Shown: positions 1 through 11,872 of the stretch, piece by piece
How the letters are laid out: every line of letters starts with the position of its first letter
Position numbering within the stretch: position 1 is the stretch's first letter
NCBI GenBank assembly: GCA_000708835.1
Contig: DF237087.1
Span: forward strand, 1-64,000
Direction: 5' to 3'
Length of the DNA stretch: 64,000 bases
From: Klebsormidium nitens
Taxonomy: Eukaryota; Plantae; Klebsormidiophyceae
Program-made: the position numbers and the translations under genes
Notes under the pieces: generated by a model
Told to the model about the DNA's origin: nothing
The model's database searches: none
Seen by the model: the letters and a program-made list of their open reading frames with translations, nothing else

Positions 1-216
1 TCTGCGCCTCTGCGCCTCTGCGAAGGTGATACGCGCTCCATTTTCACTGTGCTTCCGTCATACCGTGGCTTCCTATCTGCCGGTTTTGATGCCCCGTCGT
101 TTCTCTCTCTGTGTACCCCCTGTACTGGATATCCTTGTAGCCTCTGCCCCCTACACAGCACAGTGGCAGATCAGGTCTGATCAGCACTGGCCTGCCAGCA
201 CTGGCCTGCCAGCACG
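1..216. repeat. Short tandem repeats (TCTGCGCC x~3; CAGCACTGGCCTGC x~2.5)
   Basis: Directly visible at 1-22 and about 183-216. Confidence 0.8.
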
Positions 217-402
217 AGCTTAAAGGTATTACTATTAGAGGTCGCCTTTCTTAGGAGGTCTTCAATCGCCTTTCTTCAATTTCATCAGGGCGTCTCATGC
301 ACATGTAGCCCTCGTAGTAGGTACCTCAAAAATGGCTGCCATTATCTCGACCTGAACAGCAACGTTCGATATAGCACAAGGCGATTACCGGGTTGAGTCA
401 AG

Positions 403-1263
403 ATGAGCCACCAATCAAGCAGAAGAAGGTCTCGAAGCGCCCTCCCACATGCTCAGCTTCAAGCTACAGCCATGCCAGCGGCAGAATCAGCCAAGCCAGA
501 GGGCTTAGAGCTGCCAGCAAAACGCAGGAAGCGGCAGGCATCGATTAAGAACACCGTACTTGAGCAGAGAAAGTTGACAAGCAAGGGAGATAATAGCTCA
601 AAAGCTGGAAATGCTACAGCCACTAGCAAGTTGTCGGTGTCAGGTCAGGAAAGTACCTTGGGGCATGGGCAAACGTCTCAGCCAAGTGTGGAGCTGGGAG
701 AGGGTATGCATCAGCAAGGCAAAACGACTTTCTTGGCTTTCCTGAGGAGCGTGAATGTGGGGAGCCACAACCGCTTGCCCATGGCAGAGCTCCGCACGCT
801 GCTCTGTGGCCTTGGTTATGAGAACGTCAGAACCTATCTTCAGAGTGGGAATGCGATATTTACTGCCCCTGCAGACACCATCTCTGAGCAGATTGCGGAG
901 AGCATAGAGTCTCGAATCAAAACAGAGCTTGGTCTCACCGTGGTTGTCGTCGTCAGAGCAAAAGGTGACCTCGCAGATGTTATTCTGCAAAACCCATTGG
1001 AAACAGAGGCTAAGAAAGATGGCTCAAGGTTCTTAGTCCTGTTCTTGTCAGACCATGTTGGTCTATCTCAGCAGGCTATAGGCGACAGCCAGTATCTCCC
1101 GGAGCGCGTTGCTTTTGGACGTCAAGAAGTATACGTCTGGTGTCCGAACGGCGTGGCCGCAGCCAAGCACGGGCCAGGGTTTTGGGAGAAGCAGTTGGGC
1201 GTTGCAGGGACAGCTCGCAACTGGAACACTGTCACCAAGTTGCTGGAGATGGCAGGGAGATGA
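403..1263 (+). CDS. DUF1697-family protein (bacterial-type), intronless, with ~105-aa basic N-terminal extension
   Basis: Single 286-aa ORF. Motifs AFLRSVNVGSHNRLPMAELR, VRTYLQSGNAIF and GTARNWNTVTKL match the DUF1697 consensus as recalled (ALLRGINVGG...VxTYIQSGN...TxRNWNTVxKL). Confidence 0.85.
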   Translation: MSHQSSRRRSRSALPHAQLQATAMPAAESAKPEGLELPAKRRKRQASIKNTVLEQRKLTSKGDNSSKAGNATATSKLSVSGQESTLGHGQTSQPSVELGEGMHQQGKTTFLAFLRSVNVGSHNRLPMAELRTLLCGLGYENVRTYLQSGNAIFTAPADTISEQIAESIESRIKTELGLTVVVVVRAKGDLADVILQNPLETEAKKDGSRFLVLFLSDHVGLSQQAIGDSQYLPERVAFGRQEVYVWCPNGVAAAKHGPGFWEKQLGVAGTARNWNTVTKLLEMAGR

Positions 1264-3834
1264 GAGCAGAAAGGTGCGGTGGGAGTATCTTCCGGAGCGC
1301 TGTTGTGAAAGGTGAGGTATGTCTGGCATGTACGCTTCTAGTATGCAAACCACACATTCTTTGCAGCAAATGTTCTCCTGCTTCCCTGAAGTCTGGATTT
1401 CCATACCTCCTTGTGAAGATCGGGATCTTTCAGATTCTTCAATGGAAGGGCTTCAAGGGATTTGCACTTATCCAGTGTGAAGAAATCCTGCTACTTTGAC
1501 GGTACAACTAGCTAAAGGGTCTATTCGTCCATTCGTTTGTACACAGATCATGCTTTCCGATCGTGTGCCAACCCTTTCTGACATAGGTACGTGTAATTTT
1601 GTTCCTTGACTGCGTCAAATAACTGCTTCAACATGAGTATACGTAATTTACAGGGGCTTTTTCGAACATACTGTTCACGATTTTCTCGATGACTGTCAAT
1701 GAAGTTCAAAGGAGACCAGCTTACTTAGTTCCTATTTCCACTTTCTGCCAACCCATGTATTTCTGGATCTTAGTACATCCAAAACTGCCCGAATTCTCAC
1801 CCGCTTTCGTACCGCAGGTTGCGATGGAAACGCTCCGTCTCAAGGATCGGGAGCAGCGGATCGGGAGCAGCGAATGGTCGTCACAGCGCCGGAGGCCCTG
1901 TGAGATGCCATTTTGGGCAGCGTGGCGGGGGATTCCGTCAACTCATACGGGGCCAGGAAGGTATTCCCGGAGGAAAATGTGTTGCCCCATAAGCGGCTCC
2001 TCCTGTTTTGGCACGCTGCAGGCATGCGACGGATTCTTCGCAAATTTCCTCAAATATGCATTCAGACTCAAATGCGCTTCTTCGTCTCTCCGTGGGTTGG
2101 CCCATCCTTCCACAGGTCCGCAAAGGTCCTTGTTCTGTCCGACTTCGTTGCTTCCCGCCTGCTCGAGGGCCTTCCGCTTCGCCCGCTCTTCGCCAACAGA
2201 ACCCACCCCGGCTCTCCTCAGCAAACAGTGCACCATCAGTCACTGCCTCCGGATTTTGGAAAGCCGTGCTTGAAGCACCTCCCTTGACCAGTCACCTCTT
2301 TCACTTACCTCAGATCTTCCGCAAAGTGCATCCTCGGCCGCTTTGCCCCTGTGCACCGTAATCGTCGCCGCAATTTTATTGACTGCGCACCCGGGTTGGC
2401 GCTTTGGAGCCCGGTTTGCTCCACTGGGGATTGGTTCTCTAGCCATTTCCCTCAGCCCCGACTCTTCCTTCGAGGATTCCGTGCAGTCAAGATCTGATGT
2501 GCAAATTCCAGCCGGAGCCATCTTAGAGCTTCGCAGACGTCTGATAACGGTCCAGCTGATGAGTCCCAATTTTGTTTTAGACCTCTTTGTGTCCATTAAG
2601 AAGTTTGAAAGTCCGTCCGATCCCAATTTATGACACAAGCAGGGAAAGCAGATCATAAGCTTCCTGTAGCTTTACAAGAATATTCTTCAAACACCAGTAA
2701 TTGCGAAATTGCAACTTGTTATATGGTAATCTGGTAATGATGCCCAGCGCTGGTAGTTTGTATGTTCGCATTCTCGAGCAAACACAATGCAGGGTGTATG
2801 TGATCATCAGCTAGCCTGCTCTATAGGAGCTAATTACTATCATGATATAGCGCTATCGCGTGCTTCGTGTATAGCTCTTCAGTGCCCGGCCGCTACATGA
2901 ATCAGCCGTTCTTACAACCATGCGTTATGCATGATCGACATAATCGCAAACGCGGCGCACCCAATTCAGGTCACCTAGCTATGCCAAGTTTGATCAAAAC
3001 GAGGAGTGTCCCGTGAAGAACAGGGTAATGGTCGAATTTGGGTCTTGCATCACGTTCAGGAAGGCCGCCGCGCGTTCATATGTAGCCTGAAGACTCCTTA
3101 TGAAAATTGCATTTTTAGAGGCGCCCGTACTTCTAACTTCCAGTACGTACTGTCTGTTGGGCGGCCGGCAGATTGTACCCATAATCCCTCGGATGGCACG
3201 TCGAAAACCGTCGATGTATACATCGAGGTACCACTTCATATTGATCGACGGCTCACGAGTAACATCTTTTATGCCGGCCGGCCCTTCGCGCAAAACCCGG
3301 CCTAAGATCGTCGGGACTCGGTTCAAATAACGCCGCTTCCAACTGCTTGGCGCCACGTACTTCGGTCTGCATGCATGCAAGCCGACACTCTCTTCGTCGT
3401 GCTCCTTGCCAATTGGCTTCTGCTGACTGCCTGATCCCAGAATGGGAGCCATGCAGGGCGCCAGGGCACTCGAAGTTCCCGCCTCCCTGACGCGAACCGA
3501 TAGCCGGCGAGGTGGCAGTCTGCGAACAGGTTTGTCGACGCCTTCGTAACGGGCCAAGGGAGGAAGACACGCCTTTTGTTAGCGGGCACTGCTGCTTGGC
3601 CCTCTGAGCACAAGCTTCCGAAATGCAGTTCATTGAGCTTGACTGCGAAGCGAAGATTGTTCGTAGTTTTCTCACCCAAACGGGTCAACTTTACGGAACG
3701 CTTGAGCTAGCTAGCCTTGTTGGAAAGTGTGAGTTGCCAAACATTCTAAGCTTGGAAGGAGGGGGCCCGATTGCAGGGAATTACAGTATCTTCCTAAACG
3801 CGAAGTTTAACTTGTGCTACCACGAGTTGGAATC

Positions 3835-6800
3835 ATGGCTGCCAGCTATGTTGCCGTGCGCTCTGCAGCTTTGGCTGCCCCGAAGTGCATTGTGTTGAGG
3901 AGAGACTGCGCTACGTGCGCGCAGCCTCAGAGTGCATTTCTGGGTGCTGGGCTTCCCATGAAGAATGGGCCATCAAAGGCAGCAGCGCGGCCAATGAAGG
4001 GTGTGGTGCGTGCTGACGTCGCCAGCACAATGCCGAAGGAGGTAAGTGGTTGTCGCAGATGTAAACCAATGTATAACTAGACTGGTTGACATTTTGAGGT
4101 CGAATCAGATTCGAGTTAACCTGTACAGTTGTGACACTTGCATCTTGGCATTGAGCTTTTTGGTTCACGCTTTTCCTCAAGCGAGTGCATTGAGCTGACT
4201 GGGTGACCTCTGTTCTATAAAAGCTTCACATCTGTATCTGGACATGAGATTTACACAGCTACAACTTTGAGCTTTCTGTTTGCAGCATTCTCGTCCAAAA
4301 CGACCGGATAGCTCGTTTTTGTTGCACACCTTAGCAGACAGTCTCTTTTCAATCAGGTGCTCTAGTGTGCTACTTCTTACCCTTCAGTTTACAACTTCAA
4401 TGCGAGACTTCCATGATGCGAAGGCGATTTTTCTGTAGACACACCTGCATTAGAGATTTTGAAAGGCTCAAACACTTGTGCGAAGCAGATTTGTTACCTC
4501 TTTCATTGATGAACAATCTCGCTCTCTTCTCGCAGAGAGTGTCTGATGCGGCGGAGCGTCTGGCCGGTGGTCCCGCCAAGAACGATAAGGACCATGAGAA
4601 GTTCCTCCATATTGCTCAAGAGGCCAATGCGAAAGTACCTGGGCTGACCGAGACTGTGTGGGGTCAGAAGGTGCAAGGGCCAAAGTACCCAGCTCTGGAC
4701 AAGGATTTGAAGGTCGACGTTGTTGTCATTGGGGCGGGTATCAGCGGGCTAAGCATTGCTTATAACTTGGCTAAGGCTGGGAAGAAGGTGGCGGTGCTCG
4801 AGGGGAAGAGCAGAGGTAGGGCATTCAGCTCTCTGCTTGAGTGTTCACTTCTGGACTTTGCTCCTTCTTACTTCGTTCCGAATTACATTTAGATAGTACG
4901 AACCACATCAGAGAAGTCTCTGTTTGGTTGCATTTGACCTTGTACACTCTCACAAGAAATGCCACAGTCTTTGCTGCGTCTTGACGTCTTGAATGAGTGG
5001 CACTGAGGTATTTCGTTTGCACTCTTGCGCGAAGAGAACAGTTGATTGCGTAGTGAGCTTATTTGCTCAGGTTTCCTAAACCCGTGACAGCTCGAAATAC
5101 TTCATAATCTCGTTTCGGAAGTTTCAGACGAGTTCGTCTTTTGGAGTTGTTGTCCGGCTTATACTTTATTTGTTCTGTCTGAGCTGTTTCCTTTACTCGA
5201 AAGAAGTCCGAACCAAATTTGTTTACTCGAAAGAAGTCCGAACCAAATTTGTTCACCAGATGCACCCGGAACCGACGGCTAAGTTGGGCTGCCAGTTTCG
5301 CGTTTACTTCAATGGCATTCTCACGTTTGTCATTTAGGCCTTGAGAAGGCGCATTGCGTGAACCTTTCTTCTTTTTGCACGCAGGCAGCGGGCAGACCGG
5401 TAAGACAACTGCACACATTATGCTATGGAATGACGACTACTACCACATGCTAGAGAAGACGTGGGGTGAAGAATGGATGAAAAAGGTGGGAGAGAGCCAC
5501 CGGGAGGCTGGGGACTTTATTGAGAACGTCATCAAGGAGGAGGGCTTTGACGGCGGCTACACTCGGACAACCGGGTATCTGGTTGCCAACGACGAGGGGG
5601 TGAGTTTATTCAACTACCTGATTCGCAAACCTGTTCTATGCAACCTTTGATCCTGCGAATTCTGGTTTAGGATTCTTTTTTTTTGGGGATTTTTACATTG
5701 CGAAGTTTGCGAAGCGGGCAGACCTTTGATTAGTCCTACGTGCGTCCAATTAGATCAGACGTTTGGTTTCATTTCTTCTAAGGGGACTCGGTCGATTGAG
5801 CTCCAAGGTGCGTTCGATTTGCATCAGGCATGCGGTTTCCTGTTCATAAAGGGAACTCGATCGGGATACTCTTAGATACGGCTTATTTGAAAGTTCATTT
5901 TGAGAGCTGCAAACGAGAAAGATAAAAAGTCTCAATGAAGAGCTGCAAGAGAGGGATTGTCATTCTCTTGTGGGTATCATTCTAAAAGCTTCGCATCTGC
6001 AAGTATGTCTACTGACCCTGTTCGCCACTGCGGCAACTGCGGTGGTAAGCGCTGATGGATTGAAGCCACCACTCATTACACCTTGCGGCGATCACTTCTG
6101 CAAGAGTTTTGCATCCCCGACTCCAAGCCGACGTGCCTAAGCGAACATATTCTCAATCTCGCTCTCTGCAGCCCACCACTCTGGACATGCTGCGGAAGGA
6201 GGCGGACGCGGCCCGACGCGCGGGCTTCGAGGGTGCGGAACTGATCGATCTGAAGGGCGATCGCCGGCACGGGGGGTACTTCTCGGCGATCCGTTGGCCC
6301 GCATCCGCGGAGATCCAGCCGCTGATGTACATCAACGGACTGGCCGACGCGATCGTGAAGCACGGCGGACACGTGAGTGATTTGTGGCTCGGTACTGAAA
6401 GAGAGTCTGCGTAAGTATTGCGAACTGGTGGACAGAAGTTGGTTCTTTATTCTGCGAGGGTGTGCCTTTTACTCAAGAAATTGAGCGGCCGAAGTCTTGG
6501 CCATCGTATAAGAAATGTTGGAATGTTCTCTGCCCGTCTCCTCTTCCATATGCCCAATCTCCCCTGCAGCAATCGAAGTACGTAGATGTCAGTTCCACGA
6601 ACGAGTCACGGCAGGCATTGGCTCTTTCGAATGCACTTAATTCAAACTCCTGCCCCTATGACCTCTTCATTTTTCTGAGGCTCCTTGTCCTCGGCTGGTG
6701 CAGATATACGAGATGACCCAGGTGTCGGACATTGACGGTAACCGCGTGGCGACTAAGACGGGCCACTCCGTGACCGCGGACGCCGTGGTGGTCGCCACGG

Positions 6801-9800
6801 GCAGCCCCATCAACCACAACTTGGCGATTCATTCGCGCCAGCATGCCATGCGCTCCTACGTCGTGGGGCTCAAGCTTGAGAAGGACTCTGTCGAGTAGGA
6901 CTGCCAGTTGTTTGGTTTCTGTGTTTCGTTCTTTCGTCCTACCGTACCGGCACAGGGATTCACCACTTCTTGGTGTGAAATCATCCTGAGATTTCACCGG
7001 GCACGACGAGAATACTTTTAAATCTCACACAGATATTTTTTTGTTTCTCCACACTGAAAACAGCCGAAGAGGACCTTTTCTTCATAAAATTGTGGTTTCA
7101 CCTTTTTATAGTCGGGGCCACATTTATATTTAAAATTTCTTCGAAAGAAGGATAGAGTCGACCGTTTAGAATCGTGAATAGCGTTTCCTCATGCTGCGCG
7201 AGCGGCTTCCTTCCGACAGTTCACCATTTGTTGCATCAAATGCTCGTAGAATGTGCGACATCCTCTAAGGATTGGGGGCAGTGCCTAGCAGCTGTTTCCT
7301 ATCCAAAATACCATACCGGCAAGGGAAGTCAACTTGTATCAAATCATTCGGGGTCGGTGGGATTCATGAGTAACAGGTTCCAGGGGACATCCGGGTCTTG
7401 TTCACGTGTCCTCTATACCTTCTCTTGTTTGTATCTCTCCTCATCTTGAATCATTTTTCGAAATTGGGTATGCCGTCTCTGTGTTTCCCTTTCGACTTAA
7501 AACCTCTTCTGCCTTGTTTGCCCATAAGCGAAACGGCTCCTTCATCGAGCGCCGTCCAAGCACCTGTCATCACCTCTTTGTCAAATCTCAATCGGGTCGT
7601 CTTTATCTGCAGGCGCGCGTCTTGGTGGGATACGATGACTCCCTACCACTACACCCGCGTGGAATCGTTTGACGACCACGACGTGCTCGTGGTGGGGGGG
7701 TCCGATCACCCCACGGGCCAACACCCCAGCGAGTACTACAATGCGTACGCTCAGCTGGAGCATTACGCGCGCGAACGCTGGACGCAGGCAGGGGAGACGC
7801 TCTACCGGTGGACCGGCCAGGTGCGATGGCAGCCGTTTCTTGTTTATTCGTGCTATCGGTCGAACGTTTTTACTTTCCATACATTTCATCATGATTACAC
7901 ATGTTTTGTAGTCAGAACGTAGTCAGTATGTACAGGAGATGAAGGTGCTTCGCAAGTGGAAGCTGCTCAACACAATCCTCGTTTGGAGCATTATGTTTTG
8001 CTCCTCGCACTCGACACGCGCCGCAAAGTCTGGATTCAGCGGTCCAATTCATGTTTTGGACTTGCTAATGTCCCAATGCTGACGTAATCTGTGTTGCCGT
8101 TTGCCGTTTGCAGTTGATGGAGCCTGACGACCAGTTGGCGCTGTACGGACGGGAGCCGCTCGACGTGTCGGGCTGCCACTACATTGCCACGGGTACGTTC
8201 GGCAAGTTCTTTGTGCGAGCAAGAGTTACACTGTGAAGACAAAACCAATTGACATTTGCTTCTACTCGTTGGCCGGGCAATACAAGGTTCAGCCAGACAG
8301 AGTTGGCAGCTAACGTAAAGCAGTTCCAGGGCACCAAATTCTTCCGCAAAATCAGTAGTCCGCCGTCCGTTCTATTACGAGGCCGCACCCTCCATAGTCC
8401 TTCGCATTCATTGCGCGGAAACTTCCAACCGCTGATATCATGCTTACCGCCTTGCAGGCGACAGCGGTCAGGGCATGACGGGCGGTACTATCGCGGGGCT
8501 GGTCATCTCCAGCCTGATCCTCAACGGAAACCACAAGTGGGCGGAGGTTTACAGCCCATCTCGCATCGCGCCCCCCAACGAGATCACCGTTACTCAGCTC
8601 GCCGGCTCTATCAAGACTGTCACGCAGGTGCGGCGTCGCTTTTTCGCCTCCTTCTTTTAAATAATGAAAAACGTAGTCTGTAGTTTTCCACTTTGTTTTA
8701 TTACTTGACGCAGGTGTGGCGTTGCCTTTTCGCCTCCGCTGTTGCGACGTGGTTTGTAGTAGATTCATGTATAACGCTCCAAATTGTGGGCTTGTTCTAT
8801 TTGAAGTTGGGCTACGTGTACCCACCTCTCTTATTGTTCTGCTTGAAATTTCAGCTTGAAATCCAAGCTAGCTTAGGGCTGCAGCGGATGTTGTGAAATC
8901 TGCAGGGCTATCAGCTTAAAGAACAAGCTAAGAGGCTTCGAGGGTATTGCCCTGACGTTACATGGCGACTGTAAAGAGCGTCCCTTTGCGCTTATGTCGC
9001 CTACCTGCCCAAGGCGGTAACATTCCTTGGCGCCCATTTCGCTTTTTATGGCCGACCGTGCAATGAACGTTGCGTATTGCCCCCGGTCATGCGCCTTCTC
9101 AATGACAGAGCCATGTTCTTACAGGGTCTGGCTGAGGCTGTCCTTCCCAAGAAGCTGAACAATGTGTCAGACGTGCGCCCCGGGGATGGCGCCGTCATCC
9201 AGACCGGCACCAAGCAGGTGGCCGTGTTCCGGGACGAGGACGGCAAGGCGCACACCTACTCAGGTGCGGATTGGAGAACATTCGGGAAGCAGAGATGCTG
9301 GTTGGGGTTCTTTTGTCATACCTAGTCTGGAATTAAAGAAGAATCTGACCCGATCTCGAAAGCCTATCCTCTGAAATGTAGAGTAATCTGCGATTAACCC
9401 CTTTTTTTAGTTTACGACTATTGCCTAGTCTGGTCTCAACAGATTCGGACCAGATGTTCGAAATCCACCCTTTGAAAGGCAGAGCAATCTAGTCTTGAAG
9501 CTATCTAGTCTTGAAGCTTTTACTACAAGAATAGGCTGTATCTGTCTTTTTTCCGCATCAGGCCGAATATCTGGCCGGGGTTTGATCGGTGTTTTTTCTT
9601 AACGGTCTGCCGTGCTAGTTCAAGAAGACGGCTCTTTCTGCAAAGGAGTAGTGTGTAAAACGTGTTTGATAGAAGGTGACTGAATTTGAAAAGCGCCGTC
9701 CTCGTGCAGCGATTTGCCCACATTTGAAGTGCGAGACGCAGTGGAACCCGAACGACATGACGTTTGACTGCCCCTGGTAAGTCTCCTGGGGGATTAATCT

Positions 9801-10120
9801 TCAGAATATTCCTACTGATATACGCGCAGACGACATGCCTTTCCTCTGCAAATCCTTTGCAAATTGTGGTAAAGAAAGTGGCAGTCTGATTAGCAAGCGA
9901 ACGAGGAGAGATTCTGCGTTGTACACTTCGAAGTTTTGACATCCAGATTGTTGCCTGTTGCTCAATTCCGTTCCTGACTCTCGGGCCGCTCCTTCCTTTT
10001 CATTTCGATTGATGATTGTCAATTTCCCTTTGTATTTGCAGCCACGGGAGTCAGTTTGACCGGTATGGCAAGTGCATCCAAGGCCCGGCGAAGGAGGGGC
10101 TGCAACCACTTGAGTTGTAG
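3835..10120 (+). CDS. FAD-dependent oxidoreductase with C-terminal Rieske [2Fe-2S] domain (YhfW/PuuB-like), predicted plastid-targeted
   Basis: 11 GT-AG exons in consistent phase: 3835-4041, 4536-4815, 5385-5599, 6172-6372, 6704-6894, 7613-7820, 8114-8192, 8458-8627, 9125-9263, 9710-9776, 10042-10120 (611 aa). Rossmann VVVIGAGISGLSIAY, GSGQTGKTTAH, ATGDSGQGMT, Rieske boxes CPHLKC and CPCHGS. The Ala/Ser/Arg-rich N-terminus resembles a transit peptide. Confidence 0.92.
5192..5251. repeat. Perfect 30-bp tandem duplication in intron 2 of the Rieske oxidoreductase gene
   Basis: TTTACTCGAAAGAAGTCCGAACCAAATTTG at 5192-5221 and 5222-5251. Confidence 0.95.
9487..9518. repeat. Perfect 16-bp tandem duplication (intronic)
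   Basis: ATCTAGTCTTGAAGCT at 9487-9502 and 9503-9518. Confidence 0.9.
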
Positions 10121-11872
10121 AATTGATTGAGACGTTCAGAGTGAGAGGTATTGTAATCTGGTACTACGCCATTCTTGAGTTGTAAGTTTTGATCGAGACG
10201 TTGAGGTGAGAAGCGTTGTAGGTTGGTATTACACCATTTTTGCAGTAGGGAAGGATAATCGCGGTGAGGTTAAGGAGGTGTTGTGACAGCGCAGCCAGGT
10301 GTTGCGAACCCATTTTTGGTGCGTTGCTTTAATGAGCACTTGTACACATTTGAGAACTATTGAGAGTTGGAAAATGCATTGGTTTGGCCGTGAATCATGT
10401 GTCCTGACCAGCGTACTCATCTTCCAATTAGTTTGTCAGTCCTCGGGTTAGAACGTCGTGAGACACACGCTCTTGTACTGAATCGGAATGCCTATCTTTC
10501 CAGCCTTTTTCGGTTCAGAAGTTTTGAAATTGCTCAGTCGATAATTGCAGACAAAATAAAATCTTCGTGTACGTCATCTTGCAAGGATGTTGGTTAGCAG
10601 AAGACAGAAAATTCCATACAGAAGGCAATCGAATGGTGTTTGTCTGATCAACATTTCTCTTGCGGGATCACATCATTTTGCCAACTCTCGGTGTATGTGT
10701 TCTAGTCGAAGGATATGAATTACCTATTACATTGATTGAGTGACAGCTAAAATAAGTTTATTTGTGGATCTATTCTAGACAAGGGAAATAAATTGCGTGC
10801 GCACTCGAGTCCGCACGTTCCGACCTCTCGCACCACCGCACCCGTCTTTCGAGCTTCGAGCGTCAGGCCAGTCGAAATTATACGAACAGTTGCTATCATT
10901 GCAATAATTGAATCGCGGTTACAATCGAACAAATTGAATGGGTCGGTTGGTAACAGTTGGAAACGCATCGTTAGTAGTAAGTGCGAGCATGTGCAATGTA
11001 CAAATGGCCACACGATCAACACTCCTGCAGCATGCCGGTCTGCACGCTTGGCATGGAAATAACCTGAAAAACATTTCGCTGCATACACATTATGCGGAAA
11101 CACATCCATAATATATACCCGACTCCATACAACATCAAACGATAATTTCAATTACGAATTACAAATGAATTTGACGTGCACTGCGAATCTGGGCTATGTC
11201 TCGGCGAGATCATTCGATATACTAAGCAAACCCCTTTCCATGCAAGGTGACACCCAAGCTATGACAATTGCGTTGGGTTTGTCCAATCTCTACGAAAAGC
11301 GTCGGGGATCGTTGATTGTCCATTTTCCCCTCCAGTCGGAACGTTTGGAATACCTTCATTGTTTCAAACTGTAAATCGATCGAAACGATTACATGGATAA
11401 TTGTCGTTTAATACCACACATGGGAACCTGAATTCCAGAATTTTGGCAGTCAACTTAAGACTGCAAGTCTTTCTTTTCCAAAGCTATTCAACAACCTTTG
11501 CGAGCTGGACGCCGCTCAGGACGTGTGCAAAGTGACCACCTAATCGATTCTATTTCGCTGTCAAGGAGTCGCGCCTATCGACCGTGATAAGGTACTGCTT
11601 TCCAAGCAAGCAATCCAGAGCTGTTTACGAATCTAAGCCTGACCCCCTATGTACAACCGCGAGTCAAAGAATCGCGTGCAATCTGCGTTACCCCAATGAT
11701 CGGTATGTTGTCAAATTCGCGTGCGCTCTGCGTTATCTTTGACTAAATCTAGCGTAGCCCAACTGCTTCGGATGTAACGAATGAATGTATGAATGCCAGC
11801 AATTAGCCCAGCGTCAAACTAGACTGCGAAGCTTTGCCCAATCTGCTTAATCGATGCGCGTGACTAGGTTGC

